Shown one piece after another: positions 63,741 to 64,000 of a DNA stretch of 64,000 nucleotides. The notes below the pieces were generated by a model. The model did no database searches, was not told the origin of the DNA, and saw only the letters and a list, made by a program, of their open reading frames with translations. Source of the DNA: Tricharina praecox. Taxonomy: Eukaryota. The position numbers and the translations under genes are program-made. The stretch covers positions 1,550,001 through 1,614,000 of the forward strand of contig NW_026250407.1 of NCBI RefSeq assembly GCF_024521635.1, given 5' to 3'. Positions within the stretch are counted from its first letter, which is position 1, and each line of letters opens with the position of its first letter.

Positions 63741-64000
63741 TGCGTTGCGTCATAACTTATACCGATTTTTCGCCCGTCCAGACTGTCACTGTGGTTGGGA
63801 GTAGCAACTCCAACGGAGAGGGTCCCGCTACTTTTGCGCCATCGATTGTCCTCCAGCCACACAAAACTTCCAGTTGCTCCATCTGTGTGTATCGTAATGG
63901 ACCTCAATTGAACATGGCAATAGATGCTGTATGTATTGTACACTGCATAGCTCCGGTCATCCCGCCGTCAGTCACAGCAGAAACCCTTACTCTCTGTTCT

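Overview
Eukaryotic DNA from a filamentous ascomycete. The taxon is inferred from short GT-AG introns with CTRAC branch sites and fungal gene families; Pezizomycetes-like is only a guess. The window is gene-sparse. Well-supported genes: a Dal5/Soa1-family MFS transporter, a Zn-dependent alcohol/formaldehyde-dehydrogenase-like enzyme, a PTH11-like rhodopsin-domain membrane protein, DPH3/KTI11, a Dabb (stress-responsive A/B barrel) protein, frataxin, an SH3-domain protein and several hypothetical proteins. There is a decayed Tad/I-like LINE remnant and many local direct duplications. Most notable observations: (1) a secreted Cys-rich gene has one in-frame TAG exactly between its Cys-rich domain and its Ser/Thr linker plus hydrophobic anchor tail, a candidate A-to-I editing or readthrough switch; (2) a roughly 1.5-2 kb duplication carries two paralogous orphan proteins whose conserved parts are rich in AIM/LIR-like motifs; (3) a roughly 3.7 kb nested tandem array appears to be built from duplicated exon-intron modules. 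Several genes show single-base homopolymer frameshifts that may be assembly errors. All calls come from manual reading; no searches were run.
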